DNA from: an uncultured bacterium
GTDB taxonomy: Bacteria; Gemmatimonadota; Gemmatimonadetes; Gemmatimonadales; Gemmatimonadaceae
Length of the DNA stretch: 10,123 nt
NCBI GenBank assembly: GCA_963978095.1
Contig: CAXBQP010000072.1
Span: forward strand, 1 to 10,123
Direction of reading: 5' to 3'
Numbering within the stretch: position 1 is the stretch's first letter; each line of letters begins with the position of its first letter. Shown piece by piece: positions 1 to 7,735 of this stretch. The translations under genes and the position numbers were made by a program. Below the pieces are notes generated by a model, which saw nothing but the letters and a program-made list of their open reading frames with translations, was not told the origin of the DNA and made no database searches.

Positions 1-1
1 G

Positions 2-13
2 GCCACCGTATGA
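2..13 (+). CDS. Probable 3' tail of an upstream gene (likely 2-oxoacid:ferredoxin oxidoreductase alpha subunit), truncated by the window edge
   Basis: GCC ACC GTA TGA ends in a TGA (11-13) overlapping the beta-subunit ATG (10-12), an ATGA coupling. Alpha subunits normally precede beta subunits. Only 3 codons are visible, so the identity is inference. Confidence 0.4.
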   Translation, partial: ATV

Positions 14-1065
14 CGAGCATCGCCAAGCCGCCGGTCCGGCATCCCGGACTCGCCAAGAACGCGCTCGGCCTCACCAAGCGCGACTACGAGGGGGCGATGA
101 GCACCCTCTGTGCCGGCTGCGGACACGACTCCGTGACCGCCGCGCTCGTGCAGGCCTTCTGGGAAAGTGATTGCCCGCCGCATCGCGCCGCGAAGATGAG
201 CGGCATCGGCTGCTCCTCCAAGACGACCGCGTACTTCATGAAGAACTCGCACGGCTTCAACTCCGTGCACGGGCGCATGCCCAGCGTGACGAGCGGTGCC
301 AACGCCGCGAACCGCGACCTGATGTACATCGGCATCTCCGGCGACGGCGATTCGCTGAGCATCGGACTCGGGCAGATGAGCCATGCCATCCGCCGCAATG
401 TACGAATGCTCTACATGCTCGAGAACAACGGCGTGTATGGACTCACCAAGGGGCAGTTCTCCGCAGCGTCGGACATTGGAAGCACGAGCAAGAAGGGAGA
501 GGCGAATGTGCAGCCGCCCATCGATCCGTGCCTGCTCGCGCTGACGCTCGGCGCCACGTTCGTGGCCCGCTCCTTCAGTGGCGACAAGGCACAGCTCGTG
601 CCGATCATCAAGGCGGGACTCGCGCACAACGGCTTCGCGCTCATCGACGTGATCTCCCCCTGCGTCAGCTTCAACGACCACGAGGGGAGCACCAAGAGCT
701 ACAAGTACACGCGCGCACATGAGGTCGAGCTCGCCTCGGCAGACTTCGTGCCGCTGCGCAAGGAGATCACGGCCCCTGACGCAGGCGCCGAGACCACCGC
801 CATCACCATGCATGATGGCAGTACGGTGCGCTTCCGCAAGACGCACGAGGGGTACGACCCCACCAACCGCGAGAACGCGTGGCTGCATGTGCGCGAATGC
901 CAGAAGAAGGGCGAAGTCGCGACCGGGATCCTCTACATCGAGGAAGGGGGGAAGGACATGCACGCGCTGGCCAAGACCGTAAAGACGCCGTTGGTGGATC
1001 TGCCGTACGGCGTGCTTTGCCCAGGGTCGAAGGCGCTGGATGCGCTGATGGAGGAGTATCGATAG
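10..1065 (+). CDS. korB: 2-oxoacid:ferredoxin oxidoreductase beta subunit (TPP-binding; KorB/PorB family), 351 aa
   Basis: Family motifs: CAGCGH, SGIGCSSK, VHGR, the TPP-binding GDGD...NN motif, YGLTKGQFS and SPCVSFN (three Fe-S cysteines). Substrate specificity cannot be determined from the sequence. Confidence 0.93.
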   Translation: MTSIAKPPVRHPGLAKNALGLTKRDYEGAMSTLCAGCGHDSVTAALVQAFWESDCPPHRAAKMSGIGCSSKTTAYFMKNSHGFNSVHGRMPSVTSGANAANRDLMYIGISGDGDSLSIGLGQMSHAIRRNVRMLYMLENNGVYGLTKGQFSAASDIGSTSKKGEANVQPPIDPCLLALTLGATFVARSFSGDKAQLVPIIKAGLAHNGFALIDVISPCVSFNDHEGSTKSYKYTRAHEVELASADFVPLRKEITAPDAGAETTAITMHDGSTVRFRKTHEGYDPTNRENAWLHVRECQKKGEVATGILYIEEGGKDMHALAKTVKTPLVDLPYGVLCPGSKALDALMEEYR

Positions 1066-1243
1066 GGCGATCGATGCCCCGAACGACGAAGCGGACGAAC
1101 GTCTGTCCGGCTCGGATGGGTCACCAGCACGGAGGTCTGACTCAGCGCGTGAAGGGGGCGGAACGACCAACGGTACCCGCCGAGGCATCGCCGTGATCCG
1201 CATCGCGTCCCCGCCGTGATTTCGGCAATACGGTGAACGGTAC

Positions 1244-1249
1244 TACCAT
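1244..1249 (+). promoter_or_regulatory. Candidate -10 box (TACCAT) for the M20 hydrolase gene
   Basis: TAnnnT hexamer in a locally AT-richer patch 77 nt upstream of ATG 1327. No clear -35 box. Confidence 0.3.
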
Positions 1250-1326
1250 TGGTGAGACCGGCAGGTGAGAACAGGGGCACGGCGGGCTACATCAGCGCTC
1301 GTGCCCCACGAACTTCACACGCATTG

Positions 1327-2694
1327 ATGCGCACCTACACACATTGCATTGTCAGCGCCTGCACCGTGGTCGTCATGGCGCTCCCCGCCGGCGCGCAGCA
1401 GACCGCCGCGCAGAAGCCCCCGGCACCGCAGAGTGCCGCGCCGCTCTCCGCCATCGAACGCCAACTCGCGCGCGCGGTGGACCAACGCAGCCCCGCCGCG
1501 ATCGCCCTGCTCGAGCGGATCGTCAACATCAACAGCGGCACCCATAACCTCCCGGGGGTCCGCGCCGTTGGCGACGTGCTCCGCGCCCAGTTCGACTCGC
1601 TCGGCTTCACCACGCGATGGGTCGATCAGTCCACGGTCAAACGTGCGGGGCATCTCGTGGCCGAACATCCGGGCCCGGGCCCGAAGATCCTGCTCATCGG
1701 ACATCTCGACACCGTCTTCGAGCCGTCAAGTCCCTTCCAGAAGTTCGAGAAGCTCGCCGACTCCACCGCACGCGGACCGGGCATCATCGACATGAAAGGG
1801 GGCGACGTCATCATCGTCACCGCGCTGCGTGCGCTGAAGGACGCCAACGTGCTCGGCGGCATGAACATCACCGTCGTCTTCGATGGTGATGAGGAGGACG
1901 CCGGTCGCCCGCTCAGCGAAGCGCGCCGCACCCTCATCGACGCCGCCAAGGGCGCGGTGGCCGCGATCGGGTTCGAGGATGGCCCCGGCGATCCCACGAA
2001 AGGCGTGATCTCGCGCCGCGGTGCCACCAACTGGACCATCCGGACCACCGGCACGCCGGGACATGCCTCGCAGATCTTTCGCGACGACATCGGCGCCGGC
2101 GCGATCTTCGAGGCGGCGCGCATCCTGCGCGAGTTCCAGACGAAACTTGCCGGCGAGCGATACCTCGCCTTCAGTCCCGGACTCATCGCCGGCGGCTCGC
2201 AGGTCACGGTCGACAGCTCCGGTGACGGTGCGACGACCACCGGCAAGCACAACGTGATCGCCGGCACCGCCGTAGTCACGGGCGACATGCGCACGGTGAG
2301 TCCCGAACAACTCGCGCGTACCAAAACGGCCATGCGCGACATCGTCGCGCAGCATCTCCCCTTGACCACGGCGGAGATCACGTTCGACGAGGGCTATCCG
2401 CCGATGGCCCCCACGGACGGGAATCGCCGACTGCTCGCCCTCTTCGACGCTGCCGCCCGCGCCCTCGGCACGGGGCCCGTCGACGCCGTGGATCCTTCGC
2501 GCGCCGGTGCGGCTGACGTCGCCTTCATCGCCGATATCGTCCCCATGAACATCGACGGCATCGGACTCTCCGGACACGACGACCACAGCGACAAGGAAAC
2601 CGCCGATCTCCGGAAACTCAGCATGCAAGCCAAGCGCGCCGCGCTTCTGCTGCATCGCCTGACCACGGAACAGCGCACGGCCCCGCGGGAGTAG
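1327..2694 (+). CDS. Secreted M20/M25/M40 family metallohydrolase (carboxypeptidase G2-like), 455 aa
   Basis: Metal/catalytic motifs GHLDTVF, GPGIIDMKGG, GDEE, GFED and a C-terminal DHSDKE; dimerisation-domain motifs GHAS, NVIA and GDMR. The start was moved from the track's TTG 1249 to ATG 1327 because a signal peptide follows (hydrophobic stretch, AGA|QQ). Confidence 0.9.
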   Translation: MRTYTHCIVSACTVVVMALPAGAQQTAAQKPPAPQSAAPLSAIERQLARAVDQRSPAAIALLERIVNINSGTHNLPGVRAVGDVLRAQFDSLGFTTRWVDQSTVKRAGHLVAEHPGPGPKILLIGHLDTVFEPSSPFQKFEKLADSTARGPGIIDMKGGDVIIVTALRALKDANVLGGMNITVVFDGDEEDAGRPLSEARRTLIDAAKGAVAAIGFEDGPGDPTKGVISRRGATNWTIRTTGTPGHASQIFRDDIGAGAIFEAARILREFQTKLAGERYLAFSPGLIAGGSQVTVDSSGDGATTTGKHNVIAGTAVVTGDMRTVSPEQLARTKTAMRDIVAQHLPLTTAEITFDEGYPPMAPTDGNRRLLALFDAAARALGTGPVDAVDPSRAGAADVAFIADIVPMNIDGIGLSGHDDHSDKETADLRKLSMQAKRAALLLHRLTTEQRTAPRE

Positions 2695-2722
2695 CGTTCG
2701 CGCGTCCGACGGCGGCCGTGGC

Positions 2723-3505
2723 TCAGAAGCGCAACGACAAGCAGCTCAAGCCGCCGTCCATCTTTTCGAACTCCCACATGTCGAGTTCGATGGGATCGAA
2801 CCCCATCCACTGCAGGTTCGCCAAGAGATACGGGAATCCCGTGGCGATCAGGACGCGGTCATTCACACGCACGCAGTTGGCGGCGTATTCCTCGCCGGGA
2901 ATGATCGGCACGACGTGATATCCCGCGAATTCGGGACGCTCCGCAATCTCCGGCGCCGCCACGAGCACGGAGTTGCCGAGCGAGGTCAGACCGCTTTTCA
3001 GATGAAGGAGTCCCGGAATCTTCCGGATGTCGATCGTCCGCGCCGGAATCCCGACGGTCGCGAGCCGGTCGGTCAGCTGCCGCGCACCCTCGGCATTCGT
3101 ACGCTCCGAGATACCGATGAACACCTCGCCCTCCGCCTCGCAGACATCACCGCCATCCACGGTACCGGGGGCCACAATCTCGTGGAGCGTCGGGAAGATG
3201 TCAGCGAGCACCGCGCGCATGCTCACGATCTCGCCGGCCCGACTCGCCGCACCTGGTCGCGTGAGTACGGCACACCCACGCGCGAGCACGGCGGTATCCT
3301 CGACGAATGTCGAATCCGGATACGCAGGGTCTGCCGGGAGGGTCGTGAGCGTCAACCCGCACGAGATGAGTGCCTCACAATAGGCCGCGTGCTGTTCTGC
3401 CGCCCGCGTCAGATCCGGAGCGCCGAGCGCGGCGGCCGACGTGATCCCGTGGGCGAATGTGGCCGCCGGCGGACGAACGATGGCGCGTGTGAAGAGATGA
3501 GGCAC
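2723..3505 (-). CDS. ddaH: Dimethylarginine dimethylaminohydrolase (DDAH)/amidinotransferase-superfamily hydrolase, 260 aa
   Basis: Motifs FTRAIVR, PDSTFVEDTAV, SRAGE, DGGDV, RTN, LHLKSG, YAANC and C-terminal DGGLSCLSLRF; the Cys-His-Asp triad is present. GTG start with no clear SD. Confidence 0.9.
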   Translation of the reverse strand: MPHLFTRAIVRPPAATFAHGITSAAALGAPDLTRAAEQHAAYCEALISCGLTLTTLPADPAYPDSTFVEDTAVLARGCAVLTRPGAASRAGEIVSMRAVLADIFPTLHEIVAPGTVDGGDVCEAEGEVFIGISERTNAEGARQLTDRLATVGIPARTIDIRKIPGLLHLKSGLTSLGNSVLVAAPEIAERPEFAGYHVVPIIPGEEYAANCVRVNDRVLIATGFPYLLANLQWMGFDPIELDMWEFEKMDGGLSCLSLRF

Positions 3506-3523
3506 CGGTATTGCTCGGCGCGA

Positions 3524-4093
3524 TCAGTGCGCGAGCTTCGTGCGCATGAGTGCTTCGATGCGCGCTTCGGTGAAACCATTGGTGCCGCAGGCCACCGGAT
3601 CCTTGGCCGCGCCCTGCACGTCCTGTGCACTCCCGACCAGCGCGATGCCGACGCGGGAGTTCCCGTTCGGCAATGCCTCGATCATCACGACCGCCGCGAT
3701 CGTCAAGCGGTACGCATCGGCGTTCGGACCCGTCATGCCGCTGCCGCAGTTGAACGACGTGGACATCGTCTTGCCCCCAAGTTGGCGCATCTTCGTCCAA
3801 CCCAGGTTTCCGACGGCGCCATGCGAGGAATCCCGCACCGCGATGGGAATGTCCAAGGCCTTGAGCGCCTCGACCGCCGCCGTGAACACGACCCCGGGAG
3901 GCGCCTTCATTTCCGTGTAGTTGGCCACCGTGTCGAGTGCGATCGGATCGGGATATCCCGGCAGTGCGGTGCGAAGACGCGGAACCGTCGAGGTACGGGC
4001 TTGCCCCGGCAACTGGGCGTCGGCACGAGGTGCGAGCCCAACGAGCAGCAGGACCACCGGGAGGATGCGGGTAACGCGGGCGAGTGCGATCAT
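3524..4093 (-). CDS. Secreted hypothetical protein, 189 aa (paralog of 4144-4680)
   Basis: Signal peptide (LPVVLLLVGL...ADA|Q). Collinear similarity to the neighbour: PIALDT, CGxGxxGPNA, SRVxxAL, CGTxGxxExxI. GC-rich third codon positions. Confidence 0.85.
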   Translation of the reverse strand: MIALARVTRILPVVLLLVGLAPRADAQLPGQARTSTVPRLRTALPGYPDPIALDTVANYTEMKAPPGVVFTAAVEALKALDIPIAVRDSSHGAVGNLGWTKMRQLGGKTMSTSFNCGSGMTGPNADAYRLTIAAVVMIEALPNGNSRVGIALVGSAQDVQGAAKDPVACGTNGFTEARIEALMRTKLAH

Positions 4094-4143
4094 GGATCAA
4101 CAGTGCACGAGAGTCGGGAAGTGACGCGGTGACATGCCATGTG

Positions 4144-4680
4144 TCAGCGAAGCTTCTTGGCCAGAAGCGTGCTGATTTTCTCTTCTAGGACTCCGGTCGT
4201 CCCGCACATCGTCGATTCCTTGGTCGCGCCGGCCGGATCGGCGGCGCCAGCCGTGAGCGCGACCCGAACGCGCGATCGGTTCGGGCCGAGGGAATCCACG
4301 AAGGTCATCAACGCCATATGCACCTTCCAACTGTTGGCGTTCGGGCCGAGTACCCCGAGGCCGCATTCGACGTAGCGCGACAGCTGCGACCCGGCGAAGA
4401 AGACGCGGAGCTGTAGCGTCGCGTTCCCGATCGTGCCGAACGCGAAGTCGTCGTGATCGAGCGGAATCTGCAAATCCTTCATGACACTGGCGACCGCGGC
4501 GTACACCCGGGACTTCGGCGCATCGACCTCGTATGGCGAGCCGATCGTATCGAGCGCGATCGGAAGCCGATTGCCGCCGGGCAAGGTCACGCGCGCGCGA
4601 AAATCCTGCGCGTGTGCCGTCGCAATCGTCACACCGCACAGCACACTCTGGAATAGCGCCAGTCGAATCACTCGTCGCAT
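4144..4680 (-). CDS. Secreted hypothetical protein, 178 aa (paralog of 3524-4093)
   Basis: Signal peptide (MRRVIRLALF...AHA|Q) and the same motifs as the downstream paralog, including two aligned cysteines in the mature region. Confidence 0.85.
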   Translation of the reverse strand: MRRVIRLALFQSVLCGVTIATAHAQDFRARVTLPGGNRLPIALDTIGSPYEVDAPKSRVYAAVASVMKDLQIPLDHDDFAFGTIGNATLQLRVFFAGSQLSRYVECGLGVLGPNANSWKVHMALMTFVDSLGPNRSRVRVALTAGAADPAGATKESTMCGTTGVLEEKISTLLAKKLR

Positions 4681-4856
4681 GCGGCCTGCCTGAAGGGGAT
4701 GACGGCACCGACTGGGCGCACGGTACCTCCGGATGAAGGATGCATCCAGTGCACCGCTCCCGCGACCCCCCGTCCGACGCGGGGGACCATAGCCCCGTGG
4801 CGGCTGCGGGCGTGCCGGCGCAGATTCCCCGCATCACCCTCCGCTGACATGGCCTC

Positions 4857-6140
4857 ATGAAACGGTCCCTGCTCCTCGTCATCCTTGCTGCTGGCGCGCT
4901 CCATCCGATGGGCGCACAGCAACAGTATCCGTCTATCTGGTCCCCGGCCCTCGCCGAACGCCCGGATGTGAAGGCGGCCCTCCAGCTCATCGAGAAGGGG
5001 TTCCCCAAGCAGGTCGACCAATGGGTGACCTTCACCGAGATCCAGGGGAAATCCGAGCACGAGCAGGAACGCGCCGCCTATGTGAAGAAGGCCTTCGAGG
5101 CCGAAGGGCTCGTGGTCACGACCGACTCCATCGGGAATGTGATCGGGAGACGCAAGGGGACGGGGAACGGGCCGACCATCGTGTTCGCCGCGCACATGGA
5201 CATCGTGCACCCGCTGGGCACCAACCTCAAGGTGAAACGCGACGGTGATACGCTGCGCGCGCCGGGCGTGTTCGACAACAGCGCATCGGTCATCAACCTG
5301 ATCACGGTCATCCACGCGCTCAAGACCGCGAACGTGAAGACCAAGGCCGACTTCGTCTTCATCGGCACGACGCAGGAAGAACTCGGTTTGCGTGGCATGG
5401 ATTACTGGCTGGACCACAATCCCAAGCCCGATCTGCTCGTCGGCATGGATGGTGGTCTCGACCCCGTGCGCTACGGCGCACTCGGCATCTATTGGACCAA
5501 GTACATCTTCAGCGGCGAAGGGTCGCACACCGTGACGTCACGGGGGAAGCCGACCCCGGTGAAGGCGTTGAGCGATGCGATCGCACATATCTACACGCTC
5601 AACCCACCGGCGCTGCCGGAGGGTGCCGTCTACAACGTGGGTCAGGTCCACGGCGGCACGATCTTCAATGGCATTCCGCAGGAACTGTCGTTCACCATGG
5701 ACCTGCGCTCGCCGGATCCGAAGCTGCTCGATTCCCTGGATCACGCGATCGAGGGAATGGTTGCCGCCGCCGCGGCCAAGGAACAAGTGCAGTGGCGCAA
5801 GGAGATCGTCCAGCGCAACAAGGCGGGCGGCACCGAGTCGATGCTCGCTGGCGCGCGTGCGCATCCCATCGTGCAGACCGCCGTGGATATCCACCGCTAC
5901 CTCGGGATCGACATCGGCGCGCCGGGTCACGAGACCGAGGCCAGCGGCACGACTGACGCGAACATGGGGGTCGTGCGTGGCATTCCCTCGATCGCCGTCG
6001 GACGCTCCCGCGGCGGGAATCAGCACACGCTCACCGAATGGGCGCATTGGCCGAGCGCATTGCCCGCCACGAAGATGATCCTCTTGCTCGCCGTCGCACT
6101 CAGTGACGGCACCAAGCAGCCGATGGGGATCGTCCCCTAA
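4857..6140 (+). CDS. Secreted M20/M25/M40 family metallopeptidase, 427 aa
   Basis: Signal peptide MKRSLLLVILAAGALHPMGA|QQ. Motifs DSIGNVIG, AHMDIV, APGVFDN, TTQEELGLRG, GMDGG, GSHT, FNGIP, DLRS, TDAN and GGNQHTLTEW. Confidence 0.9.
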   Translation: MKRSLLLVILAAGALHPMGAQQQYPSIWSPALAERPDVKAALQLIEKGFPKQVDQWVTFTEIQGKSEHEQERAAYVKKAFEAEGLVVTTDSIGNVIGRRKGTGNGPTIVFAAHMDIVHPLGTNLKVKRDGDTLRAPGVFDNSASVINLITVIHALKTANVKTKADFVFIGTTQEELGLRGMDYWLDHNPKPDLLVGMDGGLDPVRYGALGIYWTKYIFSGEGSHTVTSRGKPTPVKALSDAIAHIYTLNPPALPEGAVYNVGQVHGGTIFNGIPQELSFTMDLRSPDPKLLDSLDHAIEGMVAAAAAKEQVQWRKEIVQRNKAGGTESMLAGARAHPIVQTAVDIHRYLGIDIGAPGHETEASGTTDANMGVVRGIPSIAVGRSRGGNQHTLTEWAHWPSALPATKMILLLAVALSDGTKQPMGIVP

Positions 6141-6176
6141 CGCGGCACGCGCGGCAAGCGTGGATGCGTCAGTCGC

Positions 6177-6716
6177 TCAGCGGAGCGACGTGAGAAGGGC
6201 GTACCCCTCCGGCCACGGCCCGTGGCCGCTGGCCACATTGATATGGCCCGCGCCGGCAAGTATCTCGAACTCGCTCCCCCACGCCGTCGCGTAGTGCCGG
6301 GCGCGGGCGAGCTCCACATACGGGTCGTTGTCACTCGTGACCACAATGGACCGAAAGGGGAGCGGGTGAAGCGGCACGGGGCTGAACCCGGTGGGGCCTG
6401 ATGGATACGTTGGCGCCGTCGGATCGCTCGGTGCCACAAGCAGCGCGCCCCGAACACGGGCGAGATCCGCCGGATCCGCCTGCAGCACCCAGTGCGCGAC
6501 CATGGCGCAGGCCGAGCTGTGGGCCACGAGCACGAACTGCCCCAGCATGATGCGCATGGTCTGGTCGAGCCGCGCGACCCAATCCGCGCAGCGCGGCGCA
6601 TCCCATTCGTGTTGCATCACGCGCAGGCAGGTGGCGTCACGCCGCTCCCACTGGGACTGCCAATGGTCCGGCCCCGAACTGTTCAACCCCGGAAGCATCA
6701 AGGTCGTTACCGTCAT
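6177..6716 (-). CDS. RBBP9/YdeN family alpha/beta serine hydrolase, 179 aa
   Basis: Motifs LPGLNSSGPDHWQS.WE, VLVAHS (nucleophile Ser), GALLVAP, SDNDPY (Asp) and AGHIN (His). ATG 6716 overlaps the cupin stop codon (ATGA). Confidence 0.9.
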   Translation of the reverse strand: MTVTTLMLPGLNSSGPDHWQSQWERRDATCLRVMQHEWDAPRCADWVARLDQTMRIMLGQFVLVAHSSACAMVAHWVLQADPADLARVRGALLVAPSDPTAPTYPSGPTGFSPVPLHPLPFRSIVVTSDNDPYVELARARHYATAWGSEFEILAGAGHINVASGHGPWPEGYALLTSLR

Positions 6717-7105
6717 ACACCGCCCCGAAGCTGTTCGGCGATGCTGCGCGTCTTCTCGGTGACGACGTCGCCGGTGTGCAACGTGCGCTTCCGTTCGATG
6801 AGCATCAGGTGGCACTCTTCGAGGGCGACCGGGTGATGCCGCACCCCTTTGGGTACGACGAAGACGTCGCCGGCCGTGAGTTCCACCGGTCCGGACTCGA
6901 ACTCGATCCGGAGCCGACCCTTCAAGATGTGGAACAGCTCATCCTCCTGCTCGTGCGCGTGCCAGATGAAACTGCCCAACACCTTGGCCACCTTCACGTA
7001 GTAATCGTCGAACTCGGCAATCACACGCGGAGACCACAGCTCCGAGAGGGCAGCCGCGGCCGTCGCCGGGTGCACCGGGACCTTGCGCACCGACGAGGAA
7101 TCCAT
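6713..7105 (-). CDS. Single-domain cupin protein, 130 aa
   Basis: Motifs WSPRVIAE, VKVAK, FIWHAHEQEDELF (HxH...E) and GDVFVVPKGVRHHP (H). GGAGG lies 7 nt before ATG 7105, which overlaps the GNAT stop (TGATG). GTG 7108 is an alternative start. Confidence 0.9.
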   Translation of the reverse strand: MDSSSVRKVPVHPATAAAALSELWSPRVIAEFDDYYVKVAKVLGSFIWHAHEQEDELFHILKGRLRIEFESGPVELTAGDVFVVPKGVRHHPVALEECHLMLIERKRTLHTGDVVTEKTRSIAEQLRGGV

Positions 7106-7656
7106 CACCGACCCTCCATGGCGCCATTCCATGGTCCCGGATGCTCGTCGGGCAGCTGTTTGCGGCTCGTTTCGGATCGGTGTTCCGTGAACCCGCGGGC
7201 CAGATAATTCGGGAGCGCCGCCGGGTGATCCAGACTGCAGGTGTTCAGAACAACTCGCGTCGCGCCCATGGCCCAGGCGCGGTCGACGGCCTCGGTGAGC
7301 AGGTGCGCTCCAAGGCCATGCCCGATATAGGGGGCGAGCAGTCCGAAGTAGTTGAGTTCCACCGCGCCATCGGTGTGGCGTTTCAGCTCCACGTACCCGG
7401 CGGGGATGCCGTCGACCGAGAGCACCCACGTCTCCAATTCCGGCCCGAGCGCCGCCGACCACTCGGCGTACGTCCAGGACCGCCGCTCGTACCAGGTCCA
7501 TGGGTCCCCGACCGCGCAGTAGAAGAAGCGGTTGAGCTCCGGCATTGGCTCCGGAACCATCGCGAACCGCAGTCCGCGGCGCGATGACCGCTTGGGGCGG
7601 AAATCTGTCGGCTGTGCGAGTTCCAGATGGTGGATGGTGACGTCGATCGTGCGCAT
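7105..7656 (-). CDS. GNAT family N-acetyltransferase, 183 aa
   Basis: Motifs RFFYCAVGDPWTW, PAGYVEL, the acetyl-CoA-binding region YFGLLAPYIGHGLG, and TCSLDHPAALPNYLARGF. ATG 7656 was chosen over 7737, which would collide with the divergent gene's start. Confidence 0.88.
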   Translation of the reverse strand: MRTIDVTIHHLELAQPTDFRPKRSSRRGLRFAMVPEPMPELNRFFYCAVGDPWTWYERRSWTYAEWSAALGPELETWVLSVDGIPAGYVELKRHTDGAVELNYFGLLAPYIGHGLGAHLLTEAVDRAWAMGATRVVLNTCSLDHPAALPNYLARGFTEHRSETSRKQLPDEHPGPWNGAMEGR

Positions 7657-7660
7657 GGGT

Positions 7661-7709
7661 GCAAGATATCGCGTGTGGACGCCGCGGCTACCACCGGACA
7701 TTATCTTGC
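7661..7709. promoter_or_regulatory. Divergent promoter pair with identical TATCTT -10 boxes
   Basis: GCAAGATA (7661-7668) and TATCTTGC (7702-7709) are perfect reverse complements. The minus-strand TATCTT ends 6 nt before the GNAT ATG (leaderless geometry). The plus-strand TATCTT ends 28 nt before the AlaX ATG. Confidence 0.6.
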
Positions 7710-7735
7710 GGAGTCGCTTCTCCACGGGAAGACTC

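Noticed and set aside
1074..1196. 40-aa ORF MPRTTKRTNV... just after korB
   Set aside because: No motif, no convincing RBS and unremarkable codon usage; cannot be supported.
1169..1270. Short direct repeats AACGGTAC (1169, 1236), CGCCGTGAT (1189, 1212) and GGTGAGA (1251, 1264)
   Set aside because: Only two copies each, 7-9 bp long and irregularly spaced; not a CRISPR or iteron array.
2695..2722. Possible terminator between the convergent M20 and DDAH genes (and similarly at 6141-6176)
   Set aside because: Only short or imperfect stems (CACGGCC/GGCCGTG; CACGC/GCGTG) and no U-tract.
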